A stretch of 64,000 nt of DNA from assembly GCA_037379345.1 (NCBI GenBank), contig CM074517.1:34906001-34970000 (forward strand), read 5' to 3'. A model generated the notes under the pieces. The model was not told the origin of the DNA and searched no databases. It worked only from the letters and a program-made list of their open reading frames with translations. This stretch comes from Perna viridis. Lineage: Eukaryota. Below, piece by piece: positions 50,873-64,000 of the stretch. The first letter of the stretch is position 1; each line of letters begins with the position of its first letter. A program made the position numbers and the translations under genes.

Positions 50873-53800
50873 GGCCATACATAGATTTACATACAGTGAC
50901 TATGGTCATGTTGAAGACTGTATGGGAATCTCGTTTGTGACATAATTGTTGTCTGATTGACATTTACTCCATATATCCTCATTTTCACCTATCAAGATCA
51001 CAAAAATAAAAACAGCAATTGTTATGAAATTTTCAGTGAATAAAAAAGTATCATGTATGTTTCTTCTGACCAAATGTATTTTTCACGACCAAGTTAGATT
51101 TTTTTTTTCATGAGAAACAAAAACTTTTGTAAGTAAAAACCAAAAAATAGCTACTAAAAATGGCAAAAATGCATTGATTTTTTTTCTCTAAATGAAAAAT
51201 AAGTTTACAGAAATTATTATTTATTTCAAAGCGCTATTTTCCCCCTTATTTTATATATATATATCTTGAAGATATAGTTAGAACTAGAGCAAAAATTTCA
51301 CTTACACTAATGAAAGCTTATTAAGAGCTATTGTAAAAGTGTCAGAGGTCAAAATTGTCAGATTTCCGGTTGAAAATAAGTTACACTTTTTGATTACTGA
51401 AATTCAGTTTCAAGTATTCAAATAGGTGAGCAATTCAGCTCCTTGCAGCCTCTTAGTTACATTGTCTTTTAATCTCTTTTATAGGATGAAAAGAAGCCCA
51501 TAAAGATTTGTGATCAGAAAAGGGAAATTAGAAAGGGGCTGGTAGTTAAGAATTTTGAAGAACTGATAAACATGTGTAAGTTGATATACTAAGTAGTTGT
51601 GTTTTATTATTTTTGTTTTGGTTAAGAATTATCTGTGGTTTGCTAAATTTCATATGTGGCAAAACTTGTAAAGCCATTTGTCCTTGAATGGAAGAGAAAA
51701 TTCAAGATGTTCTATTGAGATTTGTAACATTACAAATCTATAGTAGTGCACTCACCATGATTCGATGATGTGGGTTTTACAGACTTGCCTACCCACACGA
51801 ATTTGGCATAAGGCTCACGAGTTGTAAGGCTATCTTATTCCCTTACGATGGTTGTAAAATTCCTTATGAATCAGCAGATTTGTGGATTTTTAAAATATTT
51901 TTGGTTCTTGTCCGTCATTTCATGGGGGCTCTATATATTATAGGTGGTTTGGGCATTTCTGGTATTAAAAAAATGAAGTAAAAACGAACTTTCCATGTAT
52001 TCTTGTATGTCAAAATTTTGATAATAAAACCAAAGTCGATATAGAATGTTAACATTACGTGGCTATATCATGTGCCATTCACAATGAACATGTGTCGTTT
52101 CTGTGCTTAAAATTGCATTTGTGACCAATCAAAGAACATTACGTTTTTTTTTAAACCTCAACTTACTATTATTTTGTAGGTACCTTACTATCTCCTTAAC
52201 AAAAAGGGGAAGGCAAGTCTGCTTTAAGGTTTACCCTTGTCTGAATATGTGTAGCAAAAAAATTGTTCCCCTGTGAAATTTATTCTGATAGAAAGTATTT
52301 CACAGAAAATTTGTTCCAGAAGAATTTTTTTCATATGAAATAAGTTCTTGGAACAAATTTCATAGGAAAATTTGTTCTGTAACAGTTAATTCTTTTCACC
52401 AGTGTATTATTTCATTCTGGTTAAAATACACTAGATATTCCAGGATATGAATACGCTAGGCCTAGGGTATTTCTTCCGACGGCACTAGTGCAAGGTAGAA
52501 ATACAGTATAGTGTATTTATGCATCCAGACATTCTGTACCCAGAAAAAAAGTATGCTTACAGTTCCACTCCTGTGAAATTTATTCTGCTACAAATTTCAC
52601 ATAACAACTATGAAAAATGTTCTGGCACGATTTTCACAGAAAAAATATGTTCCTGCTGCAAAGTTTTATAACAAGAAATTATTTAAAGATAAAATTAAGC
52701 ACAGTAAAGAGCCTTCAGAATTTTTTGCAAAAGCTTTGACGATGCTGGGGCCCTCTTATCAATTCCTATGCTCCCAAGTACTATTGTGTCAAACTATTGG
52801 TTTTAAAACATTTTATAGTGTCTTACACATTCCATGCAGCTACATGTATTTTATACAAAAATTGAATTGGCTTATTAATACCAAACATAAATCAAGTATG
52901 AATTTTGGTGTTGTGATTTTTTTTTATTCAACCTTGGTCCTATTATGTTATATCCATGTAGTCGTCGGCGGCTTCCTCTATCTGTGGACAAATAGGTTTT
53001 CTTCTACAGAAAACCACTTGAACTTTGGTTAGAAATCTGCAAAATTCACTGGGAATGAGATGTCAGACTGAGGTGTACATACAATATTTTGGAAAACTTA
53101 TGATTGTTATAAAAATAAGTTACACATTTCAGTTACTTTATGAAGTACATGTCAATATCTGATTGCACAATTAATTTTTTTTCTCAGTATGTTGCCAAAT
53201 ATAGGCCTTAAAGCCCCTACTCCTTTAGTGTAAAAGTTTTGGATAAGAATATATGCTGATGTGCTCCTGGTATATACGTTTATTGTGAATACTAGCTGAC
53301 CTTTTGTTTTTTTTCTTTTTCATGTGTTCACAGGTTGTGACAAATTTGGATACCAAAGGGTCCAGTTTATCGTACTGGAAGAAGATGGAACAGAAATAGA
53401 GGAAGACTACTTCCGAACAATCCATGATAACTGCAATCTAATGGCTTTGCAAGTTGGGGAGAGGTGGACTAGTGCTACTGATGCCGGTAGTGGCACTAAC
53501 AGTGGTGAAGGTTAGTTAAAAGCTTTGAAATATTCCAACTGTTAGTTAAACTAGAAATTTTGTCTGTAAGCCATGGATGTCCCTCCCGTAATTCATTAAT
53601 GAAAGTAAGAAAATTAACTTTTCGGGAGCTCAGTCAGGTCAAAATTATAAGATTTCTGATTTAAGAATTATCTCTCTTCGAATAATGATCGAAATTCACT
53701 TTGAACCATTCAACACAGGTGAGTGAAAAAAAAGGGAAATAATGTGTTACTGACTATCAAGTTCCTGACTTTGTACAGGCTCTTTGGCTCCTTGGAGCCT

Positions 53801-53895
53801 CTAGTTTTAGGAGCAGTTATACTATTTTAAACTATCATTCATTTCATACTTTATTTAGTATTTTACACTAGATTTTTTTCTTGCCATATATTTTA

Positions 53896-54145
53896 GGGGA
53901 TGACCATTCGATTCTGAGGGGGCTGGCAGTTTATGATGGGTCAGACTATTTATTTTTAACTTTTTGCAGGCCAGAAATATTTCATTCATCAAACTTCCGG
54001 ACATATTATTTACCTTATGCTATAACAATGTTGAATCTGGAGGAACGCTAAATTATTTATCTATTTTCTTGGAGGATCAGGCCAGATTATTTAATTTATA
54101 AAAACTGCCAGGATCCCCCTCCCTCAGAATCAAATGGTCGTCCCC
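53896..54145. mobile_element. PIF/Harbinger (Tourist-like) MITE
   Basis: TIR GGGGATGACCATTCGATTCTGAGGG / CCCTCAGAATCAAATGGTCGTCCCC; TTA on both flanks. Confidence 0.8.
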
Positions 54146-55519
54146 TTAGTGTCTAAATTCCTAAGACAATATATTCATGTTGATTAAATATTTGTCCCAA
54201 AAGCAAGAAGAATTCTGCTATATGTTTAGTATATTTTAGGAAGCAGAGTTTACATTTTCTTAGATATTTTTTTCTTGACAAGTATACCATCTCGTGTAAT
54301 GGCAATGATTGAAAAATATAAGGGCAAAAAAAATGGTGATGAAGAGGTAAGAGAAATAAGAACATGCAAATGAAATTCAAACAATTGTAATACAGTGTAT
54401 TTTTCTTTACTTGCATAGTTTTCATACTTGCGATTTAAAGCTCTTTGATTTTCTAGGATTGAACCCCTAAAAATGATCCCCACAGGTCAACAAGCAAAAC
54501 ATTTATTGATACAGAACATTTGGCTCAAATGTTGTGTATTGCATGCCTAATATGAATGTACCTTATCTGTCATTGATCACATCTGGACAAATCAATCAGA
54601 GACTGTCCACCTTGAGTGTCCATTGTGGTTGTAAAGTTGCATGAATTACTCCACATAGACATAGAACTTTTATTTATATTACAAACAACATAAATTCTTT
54701 CCCTGCTGAAGATTTTAGTGATTCATGTTTATTGCGCTTAATGTTTTAAATAAGCCCAAAGACACAATTTCTTTACATATTGTCACCGAATTAAGATAGA
54801 TAAAAATCTTCTTGATTTGACACTAAAAAATGGCAAAACTTCTTGAATTTGAATGCATGTTTGGTTGCTTTGACCTTGAATTCATTTCCATTGTTCGAAG
54901 AGTGCTAATTTTACCCCTAGTTTTTGTGAGTAGTTCAGTTTCTCTCAGAAAGTGAAAAAGTCACGATGTACATGTATGGTTAATAGACCCCTTAGGATGT
55001 GCCCAGTCTGACAATTCACTAAACCTTGACCTTGTTTTCATGGATGACTTGGATATTTTTGCTACCATTTTTTGTCTCACCTGCGAAACAAAAGCGAGAC
55101 ATACACCTGTAGTGGCGCCAATGGCAGTTAATGTTGCCATCAAGTTTTATGCTCAAGTCCATATCTCGTGAAGTATAAGTGACAGGCTTTCAATATTTGG
55201 TACTTGACTTTCCCAGGGTCTTTTCCATGATCTGGTTGGAATTACAAAAATTGGTATGTTACTGGTCCCCTTCCAATTATGAGCAAACGGACGAAGGGTA
55301 CCAGGGTTTTGGTACAAAACAGTTGAACCTGCATAAAAAAAAGCAACCCATTCTTTTTATGCCTCCATGGCTTTAGTCAGGGCATATTAATTTAACCCTG
55401 TCCGTTCGTTCGTTTTCCCGTCTATTCATCCGAATACATATGCATACATGGTTGTCTGCCGAGCTCCTGACATACAGCTTTAGTTTAGAGATACAATTGT
55501 AATATTTTGTAGGATGGTT

Positions 55520-56120
55520 ATTATACCCTCGCAAACGATGTTTGGGGGTATATAGGTTTCATCATGTCTATCCATAATAGATTGTCCACAACTCCTCCTA
55601 AACGACATGCAGGATTTTGATAAAACTTGGTGGGTTGTTAGAATACATAAATGGAGATGTGCATGTGGTCAGGAATTTCATTTTGGACAATTTATATGGA
55701 TGTTTGGACTTGGTTGTTTTTTACAAATATATGGGTCAATGAGTTGTCCGCAACTCCTCCTAAACGATCTAAGGGATTTTGATAAAACTTTGTCAATTGT
55801 TAGATTACATAAAGGAGATGTACATATGGTGAAGAATTTAATTTTCGACAATTTATATCTACGATATGGTGTGTGGACTTAGTTGTTTTTCACCAATATC
55901 ATGAATATATGGGTCAATGCGTTGTCCGCAACTCCAGTTAAATAATTTAAAAGATTTTGATAAAACTTCATAGATTGTTACATTACATAATGGAGATGTG
56001 CATGTGGGGAGGAATTTTATTTCTGACAATTTATGTGGAAGATATGGATGTTTGAACTTAGTCATTTTTTGGCAATATATGGGTCAATGGCATTGTTTTG
56101 TGACTAGCACCTTGGTTGAA
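55520..56120 (+). mobile_element. Helentron-like element with three ~165-180-bp internal tandem repeats (intronic)
   Basis: ttgtcc(a/g)caactcc...ttttgataaaactt recurs at ~55582, 55743 and 55922. Confidence 0.55.
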
Positions 56121-58489
56121 AAAAATAATTTGACCAGTTTTGGCAATCAAATAAAAAGAAATATTCCGACAATTTTGTTGCATTGTTTGTAGCGGAAAAA
56201 AATTATCTGGCTCAAGGTAAAATCCCAGCCCCCAACCCCCGCACCCCCCACCCAGAATATCGAATGGTCGTGCCTTATATACATTGTTTTTTAATTTTTA
56301 ATATACAACTCATTTTTTTCTTTTGTAACAACAAGTCTCTGCATCATTTGCACACTAATTTTGTCCTTTTCAATATAAAGCATTTTATTATTATTTACCA
56401 TGAATTTTGAAACAAGTTTCCGTATTCTATGTTTTCTCTGTTAAAACAGTATCTTTACGATACATTTTATACTCTTCAGGATCCATAATTATCAACAGTT
56501 TAAAACTCTGATATGAGTACTTTTAGTGTATTTAAATATCCCTTGATTAACAATACTCCTGTGAAAAAAGTTCAAGAAGAACATATTTCACATTAAATTT
56601 GTTCTGGAGGAATCTTTTTAATAGGAACAAATTTTAGCTTACGTTTGTACCTGGCATTAAGATTTTTCTCAAGAATTCTAAAAAAATACAGGTAGTTTGA
56701 CTTCGTACTTTATCCATACAAGCTATATTAAGGAAAATGGTTTTGTCTGTCCTTTAACAGTTTAAGAGATACAATCTTAATATTTTGTAGGATGTTTATA
56801 CACTTAATGGAGGGGTAAACTTTTATGGGATTTTAGACTCTTACAAATATTCTCAAAACGACAGGTGTGAACTTTGTTGTACTAGCTGAATACCTTTTGA
56901 TTAGTTAAGATTTCTTATGGTCAGGTGGGAACATCAGTTGTGTCTTACAGACACACTTAATTTAAAAAAAATGTGCATAACAAAACAACTTTGTCCATAT
57001 CTATAAGTATGAATTGCAGGGGAGAAGGAGGTTGGGGCGTACTTCTTTTTTTGTTTGTTAATGAATTGTGCCAGTTTACATCATGACCTCAAAAAGTTTG
57101 TTTTGTGACATAAATTATCTTGAAAATGCACCATTAGGAAATTTATGTATACTAGTACTTGTCAGTCTGACATGTGTCATTAATCCTTGACCTAGTTTTC
57201 ATGCTTGAATGACCCTGAAAAAACTTGATGGTCTGTCATATATCTACTTCATGTCTAGCGACTCATTGTATTTCTTTAGCATATGAGCAATTTACTAATA
57301 CTTGGGGTAAACTGAGTGAGTAGTAGGTCACAGGTACATTGTTAATTGCTCTTTTTACTTTCAGAAACAGAAGAGAACCTACTCTACCAAGACTTGCATC
57401 GTTGGCTGGCAACATTACTTTTATATTCAATCCAAATACATCGTACAAAAAATTACTAAAAGTCCCCCATACTGGTCCTAGACCTGTTCAATTAAGCAAG
57501 GATCTAAGCCAAGACCAGATATTAGATGAACTTAAAAGAATCTTTTTCCCTAATGGAAAAAATTACAAAGGCTGCATCAGTAAGATGGAGGCATACATTA
57601 GTGCATATTCTGGGGAACAATTAGACTTTCCAACCGTGGAATACATTGGTAAAGAAAAGCCACACATTTATCTGTTCACAAAAGAAAAGGTGAAGTATTG
57701 TGTATTAGTCTCGCAGCAGCACTATTCAGAAATTGTCATTGTAAAGGGTGTTTTTATATACTTTATTCGGATTTTGATTTTGGCTATAGATTCCTCCTGT
57801 TTAATTTAGAGAATATTGATCAATTATTTATTTTAAAAAGATTTTGTCAAAATCTGAAGATGACGCAAAGTTTTGTCTTAAAATTATTTATTGAAAATTA
57901 TTAAATTCTCCCTACACAAATATTTATTTATATGCAGGGTTCCGTATTAACAATTAGTTTGGAGTTCATTCCACATGCCTTGTAAATTCTAACATGTCAC
58001 TCCTATAACTTTGTATAATCAATGGCAGATTATGACAAATTACCTTTAAAGTATTCATATATACTTTTTAATATGTACAAATAAAAAGACAAAGAAGCAG
58101 GTGCGCATGTTTATACCTATTCGAACACACCGCTTTATGTTTTATTTTTGCACCAGTAACTAAGTTGAAAACTGTAAGCAATAAATGTTGGACTAAAATT
58201 AAAATACTTCAGTCAAATAAAGGATAACTGTATGAATCACATCTTTTCTAAAGTTTTGAGAAAAATCGGAGATGGCACAATTTTGGTCACAAAATTATTT
58301 AATACTAGTACAACTGTGAAAATTTTGCCTGTTTGCATTATTTTTGCAATTCAAAAAACTTTTTTGATTCTAGTTAACTAATGTATGTTATTTCAATGAT
58401 ATCAACTAAAAATTAAAGGAAAAAAAATGGTTTAAATTACACTTTTATTACACATAGCAAGGTGTATAAACAACTAGGTGAACAATATT

Positions 58490-59412
58490 AACTCACCTGG
58501 CCTAAAGGCCATGTGAGCTATTGTCATCACTTAACTAGTATCCGTTGTCTGTCTGTCCACAATTCACATTTTAATCTTCTTCTGAAACCGCAGTGTGTCA
58601 ATTTTCACCAAACATTGGTAGAATGATCATTGGGTAGTCCTCTTTCAAATTAATATATCCTGGGCCCTGATTGGCATCCAATATGGCTGCCGATACTAAA
58701 AATAGAAAAAAGGGGGTGATAATAAAAAAAACCCTCTCCTCTGAAATCGCAGAGCCAATTTCAAACAAACTTTGGTAGATTATGATCCTCTTTCAGAATT
58801 GTATCCGATGATCCTGGCTGCTAACCAAGATGGCTGCCACAGCCGAACTAACAGGACTCTGTGGGAAATCATTTAAAAATCTTATTGTCTGGAACCTCTT
58901 GCTCAGTTGCAACCAAAGTTTGATAGAATGGTCCTTGGGTGATCCTCTCTCAGAATTATATCAATTAACCCAGCTAGCAAACCAAGATGGCTGCCACCAC
59001 GGAACTTAGTTTAACATAGGACCCTTTGGAAATTTATATAAAAAGCTTCTTGTCTAGAACCACTTTCTCAGTTGTAACCAAATATTAACGGAATTTTCAC
59101 TGGTTGGGTCTGTTCCAGAATGGTAACTGATAAGATGGTGGCCAAAGCCATACTTAGTTTTACATAGGATTGTAATCAAACCAAACTTTTGTTAAATGAT
59201 CACTTGGTCCCTGCAGAAATGTACCAGATAGCCCTGCCTTAAAGCCTAGAAAGTTGCCAGTGCCAAACTTAGTTTAACACCATACACTTTTGGAAATTTA
59301 TTTCAAATATTGCTTATTCAATACCAAACTTTAATCGATTGTTGAAATGCCAGCTTTGTTTTAGGAACTGTTAACCAGATGAAAATTACGGGCTCCCCAG
59401 GGAGCCTACAGT
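58490..59412 (+). mobile_element. Helentron-like element with ~150-bp internal tandem repeats (intronic)
   Basis: ctcacctggcctaaaggccatgtgag hairpin start, gtct microsatellite, repeated caagatggctgcc units, terminal hairpin ggctccccagggagcc. Confidence 0.6.
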
Positions 59413-60263
59413 TCAATACTCGAAGACTATCTGGAATGGGAAGTCGGCATTGTTAAAAAGATTTCTTCCTGGTTATGCTAAGCTATATTTAGACTATATA
59501 GCCAAGTACCGGTCCTTATATGTATTTAATATTACATGACATTTTTGGATTGTTAGAATTTGTGTTAAATTATCTGTTAGGCTAAAATTGAGACTTGCAA
59601 GTTTTCCAGGCGTGTTTCATACAGACATTACCGATTAATCGATATTCATTTATCCCAATACGATTAGTTAATCATACTTTTTTTTACATCTCAAGTATTT
59701 GTTATTTCATTATTTTTGCTGCTTTTATTTATATATAGAAATGGACAAGGCTTTGAAAAATCTTCTTAAATAAAGATATTAGAAGTGTTACCATAAATTC
59801 TATATCTTAACTGGTATTGAGTCTAATGTTTCATGTTTACTGAATTTAAATGTTGTAATTTCATCATTTCAGGAATCTTCTATTGAAAGTCAATCAAGTT
59901 CTGATAGAGAACAAAGTGATTTTCTACCCAAATTATCATCACCTGCTCCAAGAGCTGCTACACAGACTGATACTCAAAAATCCAGGCCAGAATCTAAACA
60001 ATGGATCAATCTAGGGACACCAACAACATCCATCAATACTGATTTCCTTGCATCAGCTTATAGTACAGACCCCTCTTGTTAGTAAGCAGTCTATAGGCAA
60101 AGTGAGGAATGATAATAGAAATCTAGATGGACTTATAAGGCCTGCAAGATCAGAATTTTGTTTTTCCATAAAACAAAGTTACCTCACATTAACAGGAGTT
60201 GTCTTTTCTAATAGAAGGTTTCTTGAAATTAGGGCTAGGTAAAAAAAATCCCTTAAATTTCAT

Positions 60264-60900
60264 TTTTAGCTCACCTGACTGAAAGTCTGGGGTCAAGATC
60301 GGACTTAGGGTATATCATGGCCATTATGGAGAGTAAATAGAACCATTAAGGTTGTGATAGTGGGCCAAAAAAAATTGCGAGTGGAAATTCTTTCACACCT
60401 TCCATGGGATTGAAATAAAACTTGTCACACTTAATTATCATGATGTGAATCTTATTTTTATATTTTTTTCAACGATCCACAAATTTGTCCAAGAGTTATG
60501 GTCCTTTATGACTTAGAAAATTCAGTTCAATATAGGGTATATGGTTTGCAAGTGCAAATTCTTCCACATCTTACATTGGATTGACATAAAACTTGACACA
60601 CTTAATTATCATGATGTGAAGATGTGCATCTCATTTCTTTTTTGACGATTCACAATTTATTCTCAAAAGTTACGGCCCCTAATGACTAAGAAAACTAAGT
60701 TCCGTATACAGTATTTAGAGTATATGGCTTTCGAGCTTGCATTCTTCGACACCATACATTGGATTAAGATAAAATTTGTACTTTGGATTGAGATAAAACT
60801 TGACACATTTAATTATCATGACAATGATGATATGCATATCATTCATTTTTTGTGCATGAATAGAACTATCAAGCAGTAAAAAAAGGGGGAGACATGTGTT
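60264..60900 (+). mobile_element. Helentron-like element with ~180-bp internal repeats (intronic)
   Basis: Starts tttttagctcacctg; aaaacttg.cacac.taattatcatga repeated three times. Confidence 0.5.
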
Positions 60901-61286
60901 TAAGTTTACTATAAAAAAAAAAAAAACAACCAACCCCTAGTTTTTCATTGAACTAATTTTCAAAAGCATTCATGACAGTATTTAGATGTGCATATCACTG
61001 GAATACTTATTTGGGGGCGTGACCCAATCTGACTGCAAGTTTCAAGTTTTCTCTGGCTAATAATCATTCTCACAATTGATATCCCTATAATATTAGTATT
61101 GTCCTTTGTAAAGTTATCAACTAGACAAATGTATTCTTGGTAAAAAAAATTCATGTGATTTAACTTTTTGTAAGCTCACCTATACTGATAAATTATTTTT
61201 CAGGTACACCATCCCAGCACACCTGGAACCTTTTTAAACAGTCCTTGTACAAGTGGAATAAACAATCCAATCTCAACTGGTATTAA

Positions 61287-61701
61287 GGTTACAGACCACC
61301 AATTCAACCAATGAGCATTTGGTACGTACGCAAAAATAGTCCTACGCAGAAATTACCCTTGTTCCTCATAGTGCTGTGAAAAAAGTTCTCATCTCATTTA
61401 AAAAATTTAAACAGTTTCTGAAAGGAAAAACATTTCTGTACATTTTATAGGTGCATTTTGCTTCTTGTGATGTGAAGCCTAATCTCCATAATGGTTTCCA
61501 TTTATTTTCCATGCTATTTATAGACCCTTCACTTCCGGTGACCAGTACTGCACTGCAAGTCTGCTAACCCTACATGCCATTCTGGGGATTGTGAGCTGAC
61601 ATATGTAGAATCATGCTGATATATAGTCCTCTGCAGAAGCCATTGAATATTGTGAAATTAGCATAGAAGCCTATGGGAAGTGGAATTAGTGGTTTCTAGC
61701 C
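61287..61701 (+). mobile_element. Kolobok-like MITE, TSD TTAA; copy 2, inserted in a coding exon
   Basis: TTAA at 61283-61286 and 61702-61705; homologous to 40941-41402; removal restores SGINNPISTGINNPETSG. Confidence 0.9.
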
Positions 61702-61704
61702 TTA

Positions 61705-62140
61705 ACAACCCTGAAACAAGTGGAACACGCAACCTCATCATAACTGATATGAACAACCCTGAAATCAGTGGAACAAGCAACCTTATCACAACAGGTCTGA
61801 ACAACACTGGAACAAGTGGAACAAGCAACCTGATCAAAACTGGTATTAACAACTCTGGAACAAGTGGCATAAACAACCCAATCTCAACTGGTATGAACAA
61901 CCGTGGAACAAGCAACCTCATCATAACTGATATGAACAACCCTGAAATCAGTGGAACAAGCAACCTTATCACAACTGGTATGAACAACCCTGGAACAAGT
62001 GGAATAAACAACCCAATCTCAACTGGTATGAACAACCGTGGAACAAGCAACCTCATCATAACTGATATGAACACCCCTGAAATCAGTGGAACAAGCAATC
62101 TTATCACAACTGGTATGAACAACCCTGGAACAAGTGGAAC
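61705..62140 (+). repeat. Coding minisatellite (Asn/Thr/Ser/Gly-rich repeats with a ~135-bp higher-order unit)
   Basis: MNNPEISGTSNLITTG-type units repeated in frame. Confidence 0.9.
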
Positions 62141-64000
62141 GACCAACCAGAACTCAAGTGGTAATAATCTATGTTCGGTCTGTTATGACAGGGAAATCAA
62201 TGCTGTACTGGAACCTTGTTATCACGCCTTCTGCTTACCATGAGGTATGCATTTGGAGTTGAACAAAATTGACTATCCAAGATGTAGATCAAGAATTGAC
62301 CAAGTTAAAAGAGTTTACTTTAATTAAAGTCCAAAGATTATCTTACAATTTACAATCACATTGCACAAATAAAGTGTAGAAATGTTACATTCATTTTTTA
62401 TCATGAACAAAAGCAAGTTATGCTTAGAAGAGATTCTCCATTTAAAGAATTCTGTGTATTAATGTACTTTTACTTTTTAGCTCACTTGTTTAATTGACAT
62501 TGAGTTAATGGTCAGTAACCATTGATTATGCATGTGTAGTTTTGGATTTTAGTTATGTTTTATTTCATAAGTGATCAGTGGAGGTCATTAATTTTGATGG
62601 TTTGGAAAATGTTACTATTGATTTTATTATATTTTATGCAATAACCTTTATAAGACAGTTTATTGTTTTATAAATATCACTTTGTCCATTGTGTAATAAC
62701 TTGAGAAAGTCTTATTCAATTTGTATTCAAGTTTACATAGTTGTTGCTTTGAATTTTTGTTGCTCCCAAGTGATCAAAGTTTTTGTCTACATAATATTAT
62801 GCCATATCCTTTATTTTAAATAAAGGAGTGGTGTTCACATGTTGTCTTATCCAATTGCTGAAATTTTCAAACAGTTAATTTTTTTTGATAGTCTTTTTAT
62901 GTAGGGGTTGTTTGAACTTGCAAGACATTTATTACTTCTTTTTAGGGTATCTTTTGCATTTGCCAGTGGAAGTGTTAGTGCATATAATGAAACATATTCC
63001 AGTGGATGAATTATTGACTTGTTTTCTCAAGAGTTCACTCGTCCTTCTATAAGATAATCATGTGCTTATATAGGGTGGTGGAATTTGAAGACTGCTACGA
63101 CATTGATAAAACCGTTGTTTTTTTTTGAACTGGTATTGACAATAACCAGATTCCAAAACATCAAATTCTTAGAAAATCTCAAATATTTGCATATATCATT
63201 TACTCTTGTATCACCAAATGTCATTGTTCAAGTTATACAGACAAACTAGAGAGTTTTGATGCCTGTAAGATTTTATTTAAACTGAAGCACATCAAGGTAA
63301 TGATGATATATTGTGCAAACTTAAAATATGTGCACGCCTCTATTGAACCTTCTGATAAATATATTGTAGAGAAATATATCGACACATACATTGCAAAGGT
63401 ACTTGAAAATTTAGGTAACCAACAAAAAAGGCAAATCTAGATTCTTAATAGCAAATTAAAGTTTCTTCCCCCTGTCCCATATATGTTTTGCTGAAACAAC
63501 CATAAGACTTTGTATTTGTTTAATTTCTTTTATTCAATAAAGATATTATTTTCAATTTGAAATAGCTTATGTCTTGTCCTACAGTTTATGATTAGGACAA
63601 TTTGTTCTGATAGGGCACAGTAATCATATGGAATTTTAGCTTATTCACAAGGAAGTTAAACTCCCTTATTCCTTTTGGGCTTGATAGTTTCCCAAAATAA
63701 ATGGTTTCCAAACAACTCAGAGAGTTCAATTAAACTTAGGTAAATAGCTATATGTGTGATGGCTAGAAGCTGATTTGTGTAAGGCCATCCTTTCAAAGGT
63801 CAAGGTCACATGAAATATAGTAACAATCTGGTACCATAACATAATATTATCTCAAATGACCTAAATGTTGGGGAACTATTGCTATCACATTGCATTCATT
63901 GTCTGCCTGTATGTAATTTTTTGCTCCGCTCATGAATGTGGAGGGGCATATAGTGTTACCCTTTTCTTTTCGTATGTACATCTGAACTATCAAGTTAAGT

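Larger units (their letters stand above)
51485..62325 (+). pseudogene. Multi-exon CIDE-N domain / RING-HC gene, disrupted. Exons ~51485-51575, 53334-53510, 54264-54346, 57365-57689, 59873-~60081, 61204-62325
   Basis: Exons 1-2 splice in phase to KPIKICDQKREIRKGLVVKNFEELINMCCDKFG..IVLEEDGTEIEEDYFRTIHDNCNLMALQVGERW (CIDE-N). The last exon ends CSVCYDREINAVLEPCYHAFCLP*...YPRCRSRI (RING). GT-AG sites are present. Lesions: frameshift in exon 4, MITE and stop codon in the last exon. Confidence 0.82.

Noticed and set aside
52610-53032. 140-aa ORF within the CIDE-N gene intron
   Set aside because: It overlaps repeat-derived sequence and has no motif or splice support.
61658-62146. 162-aa hydrophobic minus-strand ORF
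   Set aside because: Antisense shadow of the coding minisatellite.
62241-62243. TGA at a RING cysteine as selenocysteine
   Set aside because: Other disabling lesions co-occur and no SECIS was recognised; a nonsense mutation is the simpler explanation.

Overview
AT-rich, intron-containing animal DNA; the repeat families suggest a bivalve mollusc (inference). The first ~34 kb is a nest of retroelements. (i) A full-length BEL/Pao LTR retrotransposon (4643-13086, 5-bp TSD) sits inside an RTE-X-like LINE remnant. (ii) A 5'-truncated Gypsy (~16385-19053) carries a TatD nuclease domain just before its 3' LTR. (iii) A full-length Gypsy (19233-34427) contains a complete L1/Tx1-type LINE (24261-31109, 13-bp TSD). 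The most striking observation is that the BEL/Pao element and the full-length Gypsy, which belong to different superfamilies, each carry a clearly homologous SGNH/GDSL-hydrolase ORF between the 5' LTR and gag. It is intact at 5601-6296 and pseudogenised at 19599-20337. The nested LINE has a chain of unexplained long hydrophobic ORFs between ORF1 and ORF2. The right half holds MITEs, Helentron-like and Penelope-like repeats, an intron-containing piggyBac remnant, a local duplication, and a disrupted multi-exon gene with a CIDE-N / unknown domain / Asn-Thr repeat / RING architecture. All calls were made by eye from motifs; no database searches were run.
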